Origin: Felis catus
Taxonomy: Eukaryota
Direction: 5' to 3'
DNA length: 64,000 nucleotides
Assembly: GCF_018350175.1 (NCBI RefSeq)
Contig: NC_058368.1
Coordinates: 52,081,815-52,145,814 of the forward strand
Shown: positions 13,099-27,100 of the stretch, in pieces
How positions within the stretch are numbered: the stretch's first letter is position 1
How the letters are laid out: the number at the start of each line of letters is the position of its first letter
The notes under the pieces: generated by a model
Databases searched by the model: none
The model's input: the letters and a program-made list of their open reading frames with translations, nothing else
What the model was told of the DNA's origin: nothing
Position numbers and translations under genes: made by a program

Positions 13099-13362
13099 TT
13101 TTTATTTTTTTTTAAATTTTTTTTTCCAACGTTTTTTTTTTTTAATTTTTTTTTCAATGTTTTTTATTTATTTTTGGGACAGAGAGAGACAGAGCATGAA
13201 CGGGGGAGGGGCAGAGAGAGAGGGAGACACAGAATCAGAAACAGGCTCCAGGCTCCGAGCCATCAGCCCAGAGCCCGACGCGGGGCTCGAACTCACAGAC
13301 CGCGAGATCGTGACCCAGGCTGAAGTCGGACGCTCAACTGACTGCGCCACCCAGGCGCCCCC
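13099..13362 (-). mobile_element. Young feline SINE (SINEC_Fc-like) with a duplicated tail
   Basis: CpG-rich body; TSD TGATTACCAGTTTTTA at 13083-13098 and 13363-13378. Confidence 0.97.
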
Positions 13363-13707
13363 TGATTACCAGTTTTTAAATTACATTTCGTACCTGGGGG
13401 AGAAATGGTTTGTTACATTTTTTTCTTTGTAACTTGTCCTTTATCTAATAATTATTTTCTTTGATGCTTAAGTTCCTAAGAAAATTCTTATGCAATTGGA
13501 TCTAATTCATGCATTCATTTCACTCATTCACTTATTTATCATTCTGAGTGTCTGCTGAGACAATTTTGAGTGTCTCTTGGGCCCATAATTATTCATGTAG
13601 CTGTTCCTGATTAGATGCTACTTCTTTACCTGCTTCCTTTCACATCTTTCTCTCTGTATCTACTCTACGTTAGAGTCCATGCCCTGCCATTTGGGGCGAT
13701 CATTTCT

Positions 13708-13957
13708 TTTTTGTTTGTTTTTAAGAAATTATCTTTTCATCTTTTTTTAAAGTTTATTTTATTTATTTTGATTGAGTCAGAGAGAGAGACACCGCAGGAG
13801 GGGCAGAAAGAGGAAGTGAGAGAGAATCCCAAGCAGGCTCTGCACTGTCAGTGAGGAGCTTGATGTGGGGCTCAAACTCAAGAATGAACCATGAGATCAT
13901 GACCTGAGCCAAAATCAGGAGTCTGATGCTTAATAGACTGAGACATCTAGGAGCCCC
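13708..13957 (-). mobile_element. Older Can-SINE
   Basis: GAGAATCCCAAGCAGGCTCTGCACTGTCAG, GAGATCATGACCTGAGCCAAAATCA; flanking GATCATTTCTT direct repeat. Confidence 0.85.
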
Positions 13958-14660
13958 TGGGGGGATCATTTCTTATCTGGGAAAACCCGGCTTGAGAAGA
14001 GATTCTACCTGGTCCTAAGTGCTTTACACAATCAAAAAACCAATAAGACAAATGTAACTAGTTATAAAGATCTCCAATTATTATAGCTAATAAACCACAC
14101 ACAGATAGTTTTTGTTTTTGTTTATTTTTAATATCACTCTGTTTTCTGAATTTGGGCAATGGTTGACTAGCCAATCAATGGATGCAGTTTTTATAGACCC
14201 TTCCTCCCCATCTCTTTGTTTTAATTATGTATTCAGTAGATGAGTGTTAACTATCCACATGCCCCATAGGAATAAGATGATGAGGCGGGCATGGTCCAGG
14301 CTGCTCAGGAGCTGAACTGTACTAATGTGTCCTTGGTTGTATCTTCATATCTCTGCTGACATTTTATGTTGGAACACTTCTCTCTTGGTTAGAACCTTCC
14401 AGACTCCCACAGCCATTAGGTCTTGTTTATTTCATAAGTTTGACAAGGATTTTTCTGTCTCTTATTGTTGGCTGTGGGATTTTGACACATGTTGAGTTAG
14501 ATGATGCTTCTTTCCAGGACTTAATTATGTGTATTCTTTGATCACTTACTAGAAAGTCAATCTATCTCCACGACGATCAATTTACATAGTGCTAATTATG
14601 TTCATATTTGGGAGTGTCTTTGTTATACCTTATATTTTAAAATTTCTTTTGGGATTTTTA

Positions 14661-14820
14661 GGGGCTCCTGGGTGGCTCAGTAGATTAAAGGTCCAACTCT
14701 TGATCTTGTCTCAGGTCACAATCACATGGTTTGTGAGATCGAGCTCCATGTCGAGTTCTGCACACTTGCTCTTGCTCTCTCTTAAAATAAATAAATAAAT
14801 TTTAAAAATAAATAAATAAA
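14661..14820 (+). mobile_element. Can-SINE, internally deleted
   Basis: GGGGCTCCTGGGTGGCTCAG head, shortened body, (TAAA)n tail. Confidence 0.8.
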
Positions 14821-15125
14821 TTTTGGGGGGGGGATTTTTAGATTTTGAAGGTTTTATCTGTTTCTTCTTTACCTGTGGTGGAAAATATGTCCAATCACAA
14901 ATGCGGTGCCTTTGATCAAGGTCCACTAGTGAAAAGTAGGTGACTATGTTTAGGGTGTTAGGAGGGAACAGACACCTGATGTGCCACAACATTTTGGGAC
15001 ATAAATGATATTTGAAGATTCTGGCCTTCAACAGAGATGCCAAGAATTCTACTGTCATGGAACTCTTGTGAAAATTCCTACGAAGACTTACATTAAGTAA
15101 TTTTCAGATGGGAATTTACCTCATT

Positions 15126-15336
15126 ATTTTATTTTATTTTTAAAATTTTTAAATGTTCATTTACTTTGAGAGAGAGTGAGCCTGAGTGCGGGAGGGGCAG
15201 AGAGAGAATTCCAAGCAGGCTCCACACTGTCAGAACAGACCCCAAGACAGGGCTTGATGTCACAAACCCATGAGATCATGACCTGAGCCGAAATCAAGAG
15301 TCAGACTCTAAACTGATTGAGCCACCCAGGTGCCCC
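15126..15336 (-). mobile_element. Can-SINE
   Basis: GAGATCATGACCTGAGCCGAAATCAAGAGTC...GAGCCACCCAGGTGCCCC. Confidence 0.9.
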
Positions 15337-16629
15337 ATCCCTTATCATTTAGGATTTATTTTGAATTCTCAGATCACACACTACATAGGTATGACCCACA
15401 ATACAACTAGATTCTTTCCCAGACACAAAATACAACAGTAAATTGTCCTTGACTTACAAACATTGAAAATAAGATTATTGAAACATCTGAACAGAACAAA
15501 CACAAAATGGCATGGAATATCCTCTTATAAAACAAATATTTAAAGAAATATGCATGTAGGAAATATTTGGAATCTGGTCAGTAATCCCTATCTGATTAAG
15601 AAGACTTCACCATGATCTTATCACTACTATCCATCAGCATGTTTGTTTATTAACTCACTCTGAAACATGTCTTTGTGCCAAATCTTTGACACGATTAGGA
15701 TTTACCTCCCAAGTCTTCAGAGCAATTTAGCATCAAACTCCCTTCAGACTGCTTCTTGGATTGTCTGGGTTACTTAAATAGATGACATTTGCTTGCACTT
15801 CTGAGTGTCTGATCTTTAGTACTTTCCCAGTATCATCTCTGTTCTTTCTTCTAAGAGCTGCTTTCTCAGTATCTAAGAGACAAAGGAAGAAAATGAGAGG
15901 AAGGAGCCACATGGGTTTTCTCTACCCTGAAAATATAGGATTATTTGTTATGTCTCCTTGAAATGAAGTAATTTCCATGTTATTAAATAGGAGTTAAATA
16001 TCCTGTCATCATCTAAAAATAGTCATCTCTTTAAATATAATGGTTAGGGTAGTAGCTCGGACCATTCAATAAGAGCTCTCTTTAATTAAGAGACATTAGA
16101 TCACAAACTAATTTTTATTCAACTGTGTCCTGAAAGATTCGATTGTTTCCTTTATGAAATATAAGACAAAATAATATCCATGTCCAATTTTAAAATACAG
16201 ACATAACTATCTTGGTGAATTAGATTATCAGAAAAATGTGAAGAGAGAGCCAGTTGAGAATAGGGTAGGAATAGATCCAAAGGTAGGGACTAAAGTATTG
16301 AAGTTTAGACACTGTCTCAGAAAAGGAAGGCTGAAGAGGGTACAAACATGAGGGGATGAAGCCAGGATTGGGGGGACTAAAGATGCTCAAAGATGCAGAG
16401 GATTCTGCAGTAAAGTGGGTATCAGAGACAGCTTGACCTCTTTTGCAATCTTCTCAGTGTCTCTCCCTGGATCCAGTTTATCAGAATATACCTACATACT
16501 GACATATGAAAAAGACATGAGGATCACCAATCAACCAATTTCTGTTGCTTATTTAACAAGGTTTATTTTTAAAAATAAGAGTAGAAATATTTCCATTTAT
16601 TGAGTGGGATCTCAATGATGTATCAGTCT

Positions 16630-16830
16630 CTTAATTTCCTTATGTGTATTGCTTTATTAAAATCTTATTTAAAAAACACAATGAAGTAGGTATTGCCCCA
16701 GCATTAAAGATGTAGAGACTGACGCTCAGAGAGGGTAAGTCTGTGCCTATGGCCATAGGGCAAGTAAGTGACAGATTGAGAACCTGAGAACAAACCCGTC
16801 TGACTGCAATCCCATGCTCTTAACCAAATG
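16630..16830 (-). mobile_element. MIR
   Basis: GAAGTAGGTATTGCCCCAGCATTAAAGATGTAGAGACTGACGCTCAGAGAGGGTAAGT...CATGCTCTTAACC core. Confidence 0.7.
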
Positions 16831-17429
16831 TTTTGATCATGCTCACATTGACACTACATGTCAACGTCTGTTCATGGCTTCCTTGTCTGTCTTCCACTGA
16901 CATCCTTATTGGAAAAGACAATGAATAAAATCAACACCAAAATTATTAAGTGAATCTTTCCAATGATTGATGTTGGTCAAAGCGTTTTTTTTTTTCAATC
17001 ATTTTTTAGACAGATCTTAACTTTAATGTTATCATTACACAAATTTAGAATTCAGTTCAAATCTTTCCAAGATTAAAACAAATGAATAAATCAGAAAGCA
17101 TAATGACTTTTGGAAAACATCCAGTTGTCATAAATCTGTCATGACCAACTAAAGGATACAGCACATTAAAGAAGCAAACTTTCATGTTTTGCCAAGCATT
17201 AAGACATGCAAATTTCTCTTGTGCTGCATTATGTACATTTAAGAAATGTTGATGACAGGGCTATTTTAAAGGCTCTGCAATATCCTTTTTTGGAAATATT
17301 TGTTTCTGTAGCAACTTCAAAATGCTAACAACTCGTATGCCGATTTTAAAACACTTATGATATCATACAAAGGTTGAACTTCAAAATTTAACTTGTGGAA
17401 CATTTGTTCTGGTGGACAGAGAACTAGGC

Positions 17430-17590
17430 ACATTTCATTTGTGTGACCTTTAGCAAATTTTCTAATCTCTCCGAGCTTTAGTGTTATCACTTGTATATTT
17501 GTCAAAACAATACCTTCTTCAGAAATGTGTTGGGAGGATTGAATGAGGCCATGAATAAAAAAATGCCTTGTACATTGTCGATGCTCCATG
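17430..17590 (+). mobile_element. MIR fragment
   Basis: TGTGACCTTTAGCAAATTTTCTAATCTCTCCGAGCTTTAGT...TGTTGGGAGGATTGAATGAG. Confidence 0.65.
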
Positions 17591-19752
17591 ATGCCTTTTG
17601 TAAAAAGTTGTTGAGCAAATTAAATGAATAATGATGCTAACAAATTTGCACGCAGTGAGGACTCAACAAAGGTATGTGTTTTTCTTCCCTAGATATTTTA
17701 AATTATGATAGCACACTGGACTTAAAATTCTCATTCACAGACCTATGTTCTTCTAGAATGCACAACATGCTGGCACTGACCATTCGTACAGCTATTTATT
17801 CATTAATTTATTCATGCATTCATGACATGTTTATTGATTAATCACTAGATTTCAGGTATGTCTAACATTCAGACAAAAACTGACATATTGGTAAGTTTTT
17901 TCCTATTTATTGAAGCTATCTAGATAGTCGGGAAGATGCTGACTCAAACCAATTGAAAAAGGAAATTGAGAATGGAGGCAATTTCAGAAATATTATGATT
18001 AAGCCACATTATGTGTTTTCTAAGTCATATAAACATTTTCTTAACAGACTCTTAAATTACCCTCAAATTATTTTGCACAGCTTAAAATAATGGATAATAT
18101 TAGTTGAGCAAGTATTATGCGATTGCAAAGATCTGCCTGATAGGAGTTGTCATTGCTCTCATAAAAGTTCTTTCTTTGATGGAAATGGTTAGCCTACCAT
18201 TTAAGGCAACATCAGTCTAAAATACAAATTGATTCCTGACTTAAGCAACTGTTACATATTGTAGTTATTACATTCTATTTAAACACTCCTTCTCTTACAA
18301 AAGCTATTCTTTGATTTAACTTGCCTGAAAATGTATAACCCTCTGTCCTGTACAACAATATTTTGCCATGTGGATACAGTAATTGAGAACAGTGATTTAC
18401 CTAAATTATCTCTAGTATACAGTCAGACTTGAACCTATTAGATTATCCATCTCTCATCAGATTAAATGTCTATGTAGGGCCTTGAATGTTGTTAAAATCC
18501 ATGGCATTAAAGAAATCTGTTTGGAGTAATCTTCATAATGGAGGCTTCTTACACACTCATGATTTCATCTCTTTCTTTATAATCCTTGGAACTCATCTGT
18601 TGCTTTACTGAAACTCTTGCTTAGCCTAATTAATTTTTCATGTGAGTTTACTGAGGTAATTTTTGCCAGTTTAAATGTTTCCCAAATAGTACTGCTTTTG
18701 ATTTCAGTGAAACTTCAAAAGATATTTCTTAGTTTTACTGTTCTAAAATTTAGTCACTCGGCCATGTTTGCTCTATTTAATAACTTAGTGGTCTTAAGCA
18801 TTTTTATCTCATCCTCTCATCCTCTTCTCAGACTTTATCATTCCGGATTTATGATATCTAATTATTTTTGGCCTTTCCTCACAGAAGCCTCAATTTCCCC
18901 TTCATTATCTTATCTTTTCTTCCATGGAATTTTCCAGCGTCATTATTTGTTTGTTTGTTGACCCCAGCCATCAGAAATATATCCAATATTCTGGGTTATG
19001 ATACAATATGTTTTTGTTTTTGAATAAGCAAATAGGTTTTTTTCTAGAAAACTTCTAGAAATATTCCTTCAATTTTTTTCTAGAAAGTTTCTAAAAAGAC
19101 AGTTACCAGCACTCTGCTAAATTTCTGTAATGTAATTCTTTTCTTTCACATTGAAACAAATTTGGTGGAGACACGGGAAATTTCAGAAAACCTGAGAAAA
19201 TGAAATCCTGATACTCACTGGAGATGGTCAATCTCAGGCTGCACGACCACTTAACAGAATCTAAACAGTGCTCATGGAGCAACCAGTCTTATTTACTAAT
19301 CATTAATTAAACAGACTACAAAGTGAAATCTCTAATATTTCAAATTCCCTGATCTTTGGATGCTGAAAGGCCAATCTTATGAGAGTAAACTTTGAGAAGA
19401 TTTACCAGGTTATGTGACTGAATAGAAAGACAGCAACGAGACTCAGCGTGAGTAATAATAACTCCAAGAGTAATATCACTCAAAGAATGTTAGAGAATTC
19501 TTGGCTCTGGATGTTGAACCCATCTACAATAGAGACCTGATTATCAGTAGAATCCATTCCCTGTCTGTACTCATCTAACATGTTGCTTTCGACATGTTGG
19601 AATTCCTAACTTTGAAATGATATAACTCAATGAGCCTTAGTAACTCACTGTTCCCAGCACAAACATGATATCTTTCCTTTATGCATTAGACTGATGATTT
19701 TTTTCCTACTATCTATAAAGAACCATGTATAAACTACTTCTTAGAAGAAATT

Positions 19753-19982
19753 GGGGGGGGGTCTGGGTGGCTCGGTTGGTTAGGTGTCCAACTTCAGCTC
19801 AGGTCATGATCTCGCATTTCATGGGTTTGAGCCCCACGTCGGGCTCTGTGCTGATAGCTCAGAGCCTGGAGCCTGCCTTGGATTCTGTGTCTCCCTCTCT
19901 CCCTCTCTCTCTGCCTCTCCTCTGTTCATGCTCTGTCTCTCTCTTTTAAAAATAAAATAAACATTAAAAAATATTAAAAAAA
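19753..19982 (+). mobile_element. Can-SINE
   Basis: CTGGGTGGCTCGGTTGGTT head, CAGAGCCTGGAGCCTGC body, A-tail; TSD AGAAGAAATT. Confidence 0.93.
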
Positions 19983-20769
19983 AGAAGAAATTAGAACTCA
20001 CTTTCTAGAGGAGATGAAGTTGGTGGACCTGAATTTAAATAAAAGGCAGAGTATGTTAAGGGCATAATAGAGGTGTAAATAAAGGGCTATGTAGCTTAAA
20101 GACAAAGTCACTGAATTGAGTAGATTCATAAAGTTGTTTTAATTAAAAGGCAGAATCGAATTTCAAAAGGCAGAGCGGAAGAGATTTCCAGGCAGCAGAG
20201 GCTGCATGAATAGAAGTGCGAAGGCATATTTTAGCGAATAGTCAGTCATCCACTGAAACTAGGTATCTAGAATGAATTTAGCCTAACTAGTAGGCCATGG
20301 AGTCGATTTAAGAAGCCAGTAATAAAATACTTTTGCTATAGCTGCCTCAGGTACAGAGGTGGAAGTTTTGGCAGGCTAAGGGTTCTGTGTTTTGATCGGG
20401 AAATTTCCAAGTGTGAGATCTTAGAAAGGATACAGCTGTGGCGTGACTGAGTGTATACTTTGGGGTTACTGTGAACTCGATGCTCTTTATCTTAGAAGGG
20501 TGTTGAATTACAACCAGGGGCTGTGGTAGTGCTGTTGTCCTGTCTTGATACCTTTGCTCTCAAGGACTTATGGATTTATTGACTTGGTTGTACGTATGAT
20601 TTTATATAGCTAATTTTCAGTTTTAGCTTTGAAAACATATAACTCCTTCTCGCTAAGGCTAAAAGCAAAAAAAAAAAAAAAAGACAAAAAACTCTAGGAA
20701 GATCTTGGGACGATCACTTGGGTCTTTCACGTTAAACAAACAAATGGACTTGTTTGTGGATTTCTAAGA

Positions 20770-21385
20770 CTAGACCATGCACTTATTGTTTCAGCTCCAC
20801 TATTTTGAAAAGAGTTTGGAAGTCATCACTCCCATCCTTAGAAAGGAAAAAAAAAAAAGGCCCCAAACATTGCAATTCAACAACTTTTCTAGAACCCATC
20901 AGAGAACTAAAATCACAGGACAAACACACCAAAATGTGGAGAGGTAGGCAAATCTGCTTTCCTAGAGACATAGCCAATATCTGCTTTCTTAGAACAGGAG
21001 TCACATAAACGGGGGTCCTCATAACAACAGTGAATTATAACTGAGAGCTGCAAGAGTCAGACTCCCTTTCAGGAAGAATACTTAGGGAAGCCCACGTCAG
21101 TAGAGGATACAAAAATCAAGGATGCTGGAGGAGTTGGAAGCCTCTGGTGCCTACAGTAATAGCAAGAGTTAAATAGAGCCCAACTTCTAAATTGATTAAT
21201 AGACTATCTCACACTGAAGGCCTATTTCTCTCAGTGCCTATTATCTCCGACATTATTTCCAGCTTACAACAAAACACTACAAGGCCTGGGAAAACCAAGA
21301 CAAAAATGCAGTCTGAAGAGACAAAGCAAGCATCAGAACCAGATTCAGATATGACACCGTTGTTGGAAATATCAGACTAAGACAG
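20770..21385 (+). mobile_element. Probable ancient L1M 5'-region fragment
   Basis: CAGTCTGAAGAGACAAAGCAAGCATCAGAACCAGATTCAGATATGACAC...TTGGAAATATCAGAC resembles the start of old L1M ORF1. Confidence 0.55.
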
Positions 21386-22503
21386 TCGGTCATGCTTTGT
21401 CACTATTTGGCATTATTACTCATTCCTTGAGGTTTACATACCACAAATCCTGAATCATGTTTGAAGCACTAATAATTACAAAATAAGACTCTTAAAAGCC
21501 ACAAGTATATGAATGAATGTACACATGTAGAAACATCACAGGAACCAAATTCAGACGTTCTGCAGAGAAATCACATACCTGCTTCCCTGCAGAACAGTTG
21601 TTATCTGAAGAAAAAGCCAACATCTCCCCGGAGAAGCCAGACTAAAGCTCTAGAGTATAATCCTGTAGAGTTTGCTGTCCTAAGCTATTTTCTCAAACGT
21701 TGGGGTGGGGGAGGGTGTGGTGTAGAGGGGAAAGGGAAGGAAATGATGCATTTGGCATGTTGTAAAGCTAGATTTGTCATCACTTTCAATGGTTCAGAAA
21801 CTTGAAGCCAATATAGTTATCAGCACATAGGAAAGGGTTTATATTTAATATTGTTTCCCCTGGAAACTTCCAGCCTTTCCAGCTAAGATTTGTCCTATTG
21901 CTCAGTTGTTTTGGTTCACTCTGATTTATTGCTGAGCTCATGAATCATTTGTCTCACCCATACAAGAAAAAAAAAATTCTTTGTATTGATTTCCCTTCTA
22001 TATCAGTGGCTGTGTGTGGCTCATTAGATGATAACTTCAGCTGTAGGCTGTAAGCCTGAGACTCGAGAGACTGATGTGCAGAGTACAATGACAGGAATTC
22101 AGGTTAGCATGCAACAGAGTTTCTATTTCCCCAGAGATACTTGTGTGGAAGACAAGGGAAATGCACTGACGTTATTAGCGATGTATTTAGAACAGCCAGT
22201 ACTCCCACCCTCGGTTCCATTGTTGAACTGCCATTGTTATTTCCATAAAAATCACACTAGGCTGTTTCAAGTTTATACAAATGATTTACTTCCACACTTG
22301 CAAGAGTGAGAAATAGTTCTTTAAAACAAGCATTTATTTGAAAAAATTTTCAAACAGGTCCTATGGGGATACAGGATGGAGAAGGCAATCTAAGACCATT
22401 TTTAAAAGCCTCAACATAATTATGGAAGCTTTTCTAAATGAAAAGACATCCTACTAAAGTCAACGTCATTCACAACTCCAAGTATGACAAACTTAAAGAA
22501 TAT

Positions 22504-22714
22504 TTATTTATTTAAAGTTTTTATTTATTTATTTTGAGGGAGAGAGAGCATGAACAAGGGAGAAGCAGAGAGAGAAGGAGAGAGACTCAGAAGCAGCCTC
22601 TGTATTGCCAGCACAGAACCCAACACGGGGCTCAAACCCATGAACTGTAAGATCATGACCTGAGACAAAACCAAGAGTTGGACACGTAACCTACTGAGCC
22701 ACCCAGGTGCCCCC
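22504..22714 (-). mobile_element. Can-SINE
   Basis: AGATCATGACCTGAG...ACTGAGCCACCCAGGTGCCCC; flanking AAGAATAT repeat. Confidence 0.9.
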
Positions 22715-23292
22715 AAGAATATGTGTTTAATTTGGGGATTTATTTTAGCCCTTTATTATCATGACCACATGCATAGTAATAACACGATAATTTCATTGAT
22801 TTAATACTGTCTTTGCCTTCATCTGACAATGAAGAGGTTGGTTTTTATTGGATTTCCTATTAGATAACCATCTGAAAAAATTTAAGATAAACCAAATTTA
22901 TTTTTAGTTTTATAAAACTTTCTAAACATATCTCTGTCAAACATATGTGGTGAACTTCTTAATAGCAATTAGAAAGGAGTGGTTACTGGTTGCCAAAGAA
23001 TACTTAACTAATTTTGTCCTAAAGCTATCTCAGTCTTAACTACTTAAAGGTGCCTTGCAAGTCACATTCAATAGTGCCTTCAGTGATCAACTAGTCTAAT
23101 TCCCCTAAGTTTCTCATGTACTGGATAAAAATCTAGAAAGATGCAAGTAAGATTTGCTTTTGATTAAACTACATTTCTTTTGGGTTCAAAAAAAAATTTA
23201 AACTAGAGTCAATGGTGTGGTAATAACATACGTGGGTTTGGGAGTCTGAGAAATTTGGCTTAAATCTCTGCTCTAAAAATAAATTTTAACTT

Positions 23293-23520
23293 GGGGGCAC
23301 CTGAGTGGCTCAGTTGGTTAAGCGCCCAACTTTGGCTCAGGTCATGATCTCACAGTTTGTGAGTTTGAGCCCCGTGTCGGGCTCTGTGCTGGCAGTTCAG
23401 AGCCTGGAGCCTGCTGCGGATTCTGTGCCTCCCTCTCTCTCTGCCCCTCCCCTGCTCATACTCTGTCTCTCTCTCAAGAATAAATAAACATTAAAATGTT
23501 TTTTAAAAACTTAAGAAAAA
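23293..23520 (+). mobile_element. Can-SINE
   Basis: GGGGGCACCTGAGTGGCTCAGTTGGTTAAGC head, (CT)n, AATAAATAAACATT tail. Confidence 0.93.
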
Positions 23521-24139
23521 TAAAGTTTACCTTGGGTCTGGACACGCACAGAGCCTCCCTGAGGTCCGTGTTTTAATGAAACTTGGGGGCAGTTGCAAAG
23601 TGCTGTGCTTGGTACATGATAAGGTGCTTCAATTCTCCTTGCCTTAATATGATGGTGTTCTTTTTGCTTGTTTGTTTTTTCATAAGCTTTGATTTTAAGG
23701 AGCTTTTCAAATGTGTGATTGATGAGGGAATTTGAAGGAGTTCACATCTGATAGATAGCTTCTATTTTCTCAGTGAAGTGGGAGCTTATCAAGACTGTAT
23801 AGTGTAATGAAGATGGAAATGAAGGTTTAGAATAGCTATCGTGCCCCTGTCTACATGAGCTTGGTATCTTTACTATACGGCTATTGATGCTCTGGTTTCT
23901 CAGGATTTGAGGCACTCATGACTCTATAGTTTACCTAAGAAAACCACAGCCACATAGTTGGTGAGATGAAATCAATGCAAGTGGAAATCAGAGTAGAAAT
24001 TATGCTTTCTTTATCGTTTACAATGTTTTCACAAAGCTGACAAAGCATACTTTTGGAGGTAAGACATAGTGCTTACCACACTGTTATTCATTGTATTTAT
24101 TCATTCCCTCATTTATTTAGCAAACACAACCTGGCAGTT

Positions 24140-24442
24140 CATTTTTTTTCATCAGTGAATAATATCCATTGTGCCGGTTTGTTTACCCATTCACCTATCG
24201 AAGGACATCTTGGTCGCTTCTATGTTTTGGCAATCATCAATAAACACGCATGTGTAGGCTTTGGTGTGGACGCAACTTTTCTATTTATCTGAATAATTAC
24301 CAAACAGTATGATTGCTGGGGCACACGGTAAGAGTATACTCAGTTTTGTAAGAATCGCCAAAGTGTCTTCCAAAGTGGCTGTACCATTTTGCATTCCCAC
24401 CAACAGTAAATGAGAATTCCCGTTGTTCCACATCCTCACCAG
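24140..24442 (-). mobile_element. Old L1M 3' fragment
   Basis: CCATTCACCTATCGAAGGACATCTTGG, TTCCAAAGTGGCTGTACCATTTTGCATTCCCACCAACAGT, CCACATCCTCACCA. Confidence 0.8.
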
Positions 24443-25290
24443 GAAGAAACGGTATTGAGAGTGAGAATGGGAGCATATGTCAGAGGTGTCCGAGCACAAT
24501 GAGACCAAGAGAGAAAGTAGGGGGCTTAGTAGCTGCATCAGGTAGAAAGGTAGTTAAAAGTGAACAGCGTGGGAGAGCTTGTCGGGCACGTGTCTAGGAC
24601 TATAGTCTGTAACAACCCATATGGATGGATGAATGGAGAAAGCATTTTGAAGTCAAAGAGGTAGGAGAACGTGAAGAGTAAAGTCAGGGATGCTAAAGGA
24701 AGAGTTTACAAAAAAAGGGGCGGCTATGGGGGGCTTATTCAATTGCGTGTAGAAGTTGCTCGCAGACCACATAAAGGTTTTCAAGGTAGCCCACCAACAC
24801 ATAGATTCCAAGGTTGTTTACAAATTTTCCTAGTTCTCTGTCTATTTGAGCAACCAAGTCTTCAAGAAAAGCAAAAGAAATGGTAAAGCCCATATGCAAA
24901 AAGCCAATTTAACTTGATACAAATTCAAGTTCTATAATATTTAGTGTTTTTAGGTTAGAAATATTCTGCGTGAAGCAAAACTTGTAATGAGGACAGCGAT
25001 CTGCTATTAGGTAATATGATTGCACTTTAAAGTAGAAATCCAATTTTACCCTTAATCTCATGATGCCTTGGACCGAAGATGTTTTTTATCGTATCAAGGG
25101 GCCCTTGTATTGCTCTGTAGATTGATATTGTACAGCCTGCTACATTGCTGATTTTCATGGATGTGCTGTAGAGGTCTTGGCCCCAGGCAAACTGCATTCC
25201 TTTGAGGTTAACCCAAGTAGGGCTTTATGGAAAGCACTGTAAAAGGGACAATGGCCCCAGAGTAAATGCTTAGGGAGTCAGCTAGCTCAC

Positions 25291-25353
25291 CACTTTCTAG
25301 GCAGCCTTAGCCCTCAACAGGCAAAAGCATCTCAAAGGCCACTGGATTCCAAA
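25291..25353 (-). other. Candidate 63-nt non-coding exon of a minus-strand transcript
   Basis: Minus-strand acceptor GTTCTTATTTCTTTCTCTTATAG| and donor GTG|GTGAGC in unique sequence; stops in all three frames. Confidence 0.35.
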
Positions 25354-26051
25354 CTATAAGAGAAAGAAATAAGAACATCCAGCTTATATTTTTCATCATC
25401 TTTATCGTTTGTCTGTTGATCTTTCGAGATACTTTGAAACTACCAAGATGTAAAATGCTACCTCTATATAATACCTCAAAATTATAGAATTTATCAAGTT
25501 TGGTTTAGATTTAGTGCCCGAAAGTGGATTGAAGAAAGCAAAGAACTCTACTAGGATCTTTCATTTTGAATATTCAAATGACCAATTCCTCAGTAATTGA
25601 TACCATCAAATTGGTCAAATTAAGTAAATACCATGAACCTATTAAGATGAAAAATAGGCACATCTGTATTTTTAAATATCAAAATGTATAAATATATGTC
25701 TTTTATAATATGCTTATTTCAATGTTCAATGTTTTAATTCATGGTGCATATTCTCATTTCAAATAAACATGAGATGAAGACACTAATAAGCATTCAACAG
25801 TCCTAGCCACAAAGGTGAAATTTAGAAAAATTCAAGAAAATGACCTAAGTTTCTGCTATTTGGGATCAAAATCGCTATTATATGGAATATGTAATTACAG
25901 GTTAGAAACCTCCATCTATACGTAATGAAAATGCCTTGCAAGTACAGGCCCTGTGTAAACATGTATTCAATTGACTGTTGAAATAACAATAAAAGTGGGG
26001 TTCAAGTAGTGGCTGACTTTAAACAAATGGCAGTGTAACTACTGACGTTAC

Positions 26052-26183
26052 TTTTTTTTTTTTAAGTAGTCTCCACACCCAGTGTGGAGCCCAATTAGGG
26101 GCTCGAACCCACGACCCTGAGATCAAGACCTGAGCTGAAATCAAGAGTTGGACACTTAATCAACTGAGCCACCCAGGTACCCC
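26052..26183 (-). mobile_element. Short Can-SINE variant lacking the (CT)n segment
   Basis: T-tail directly followed by CTCCACACCCAGTGTGGAGCCC..GGGGCTCGAACCCACGACCCTGAGATCAAGACCTGAGC...GAGCCACCCAGG; TSD-like ACTGA(C/T)GTTACT. Confidence 0.85.
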
Positions 26184-26384
26184 AACTGATGTTACTATTG
26201 ATGATAACTTTAGGTAAATGTGAAGAATAGCATATAATTACTAAAAATCATCAGAATTAATAAAGGGGTATATTAATTCTGAAAAATGCTACATTATCTC
26301 CACTTGCTGTTGAAGACATTGGGATCTGAAGAATTCTTTAGCAGTAAATGGTGATTTGATGGCAGATCTAGGACTGTATCTGTA

Positions 26385-26595
26385 TTTATTTATTTTTTAA
26401 TTATTTTAATGTTTTATGTATTTTTGAGAGAGAGTGTGAGAAGGGGAGGGGCAGTGAGAGAGGGGGACAGAGGATCTGAAGGGGGTTCTGAGCTGATGGC
26501 ATCGAGCCCAATGTGGGGCTGGAACTCATGAACTGTGAGATCGTGACCTGAGCCGAAGTGGGACATTTAACTGACTGAGCCACCCAGGTGACCCC
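26385..26595 (-). mobile_element. Can-SINE
   Basis: GAACTCATGAACTGTGAGATCGTGACCTGAGCCGAAG...GAGCCACCCAGG. Confidence 0.9.
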
Positions 26596-27100
26596 TGTAT
26601 TCGATTTTTATTGCTGCCATAATGAAGTGCCACACATTTAGGTTGCTTAAAACAGCACAAATATTGTTGTACAGTAAATCAGAAGTCCAACACATGTCAC
26701 ACTGGGCTAAAATCAAGGGAACAGCAGGGCTGGTTTTTTTGTTTTTGTTTTTTTTTTTCTGGAGGCTCTAAGAAAACTATTCCTTGCCTTTACTGGCTTC
26801 TAGAGGCTGCCTTCACTCTTCGGCACCTATCCATTTCCTCCATCTTCAAAATCAGCAAAGGTGAGTAGACTCTTTTTCAAGCCACATCTCTCTAACCCCT
26901 TTATCTGTCTCTTCTTCTACATTTAATGAGTCATGTGATTAGATTGATTCCACCCAGATCATTCAGGATGATTTGCAATCTCAAGGTTCTTAACCCTTAT
27001 CACATCTACAAAGCCTCTTCAGCCTCACAAGATTACATATTCATCGGTATTAGAGATTAGATGTGGATATCTTTATGGTGCCTTTGTAGACTACGACAAT
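26596..27100 (-). mobile_element. ERVL-MaLR LTR (MLT1C/D-like)
   Basis: GCTTAAAACAGCACAAAT, CAGAAGTCCAACAC, CTGGGCTAAAATCAAGG, GGCTTCTAGAGGCTGCC, CCCAGATCATTCAGGATGAT, ATCACATCTACAAAG. Confidence 0.75.
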
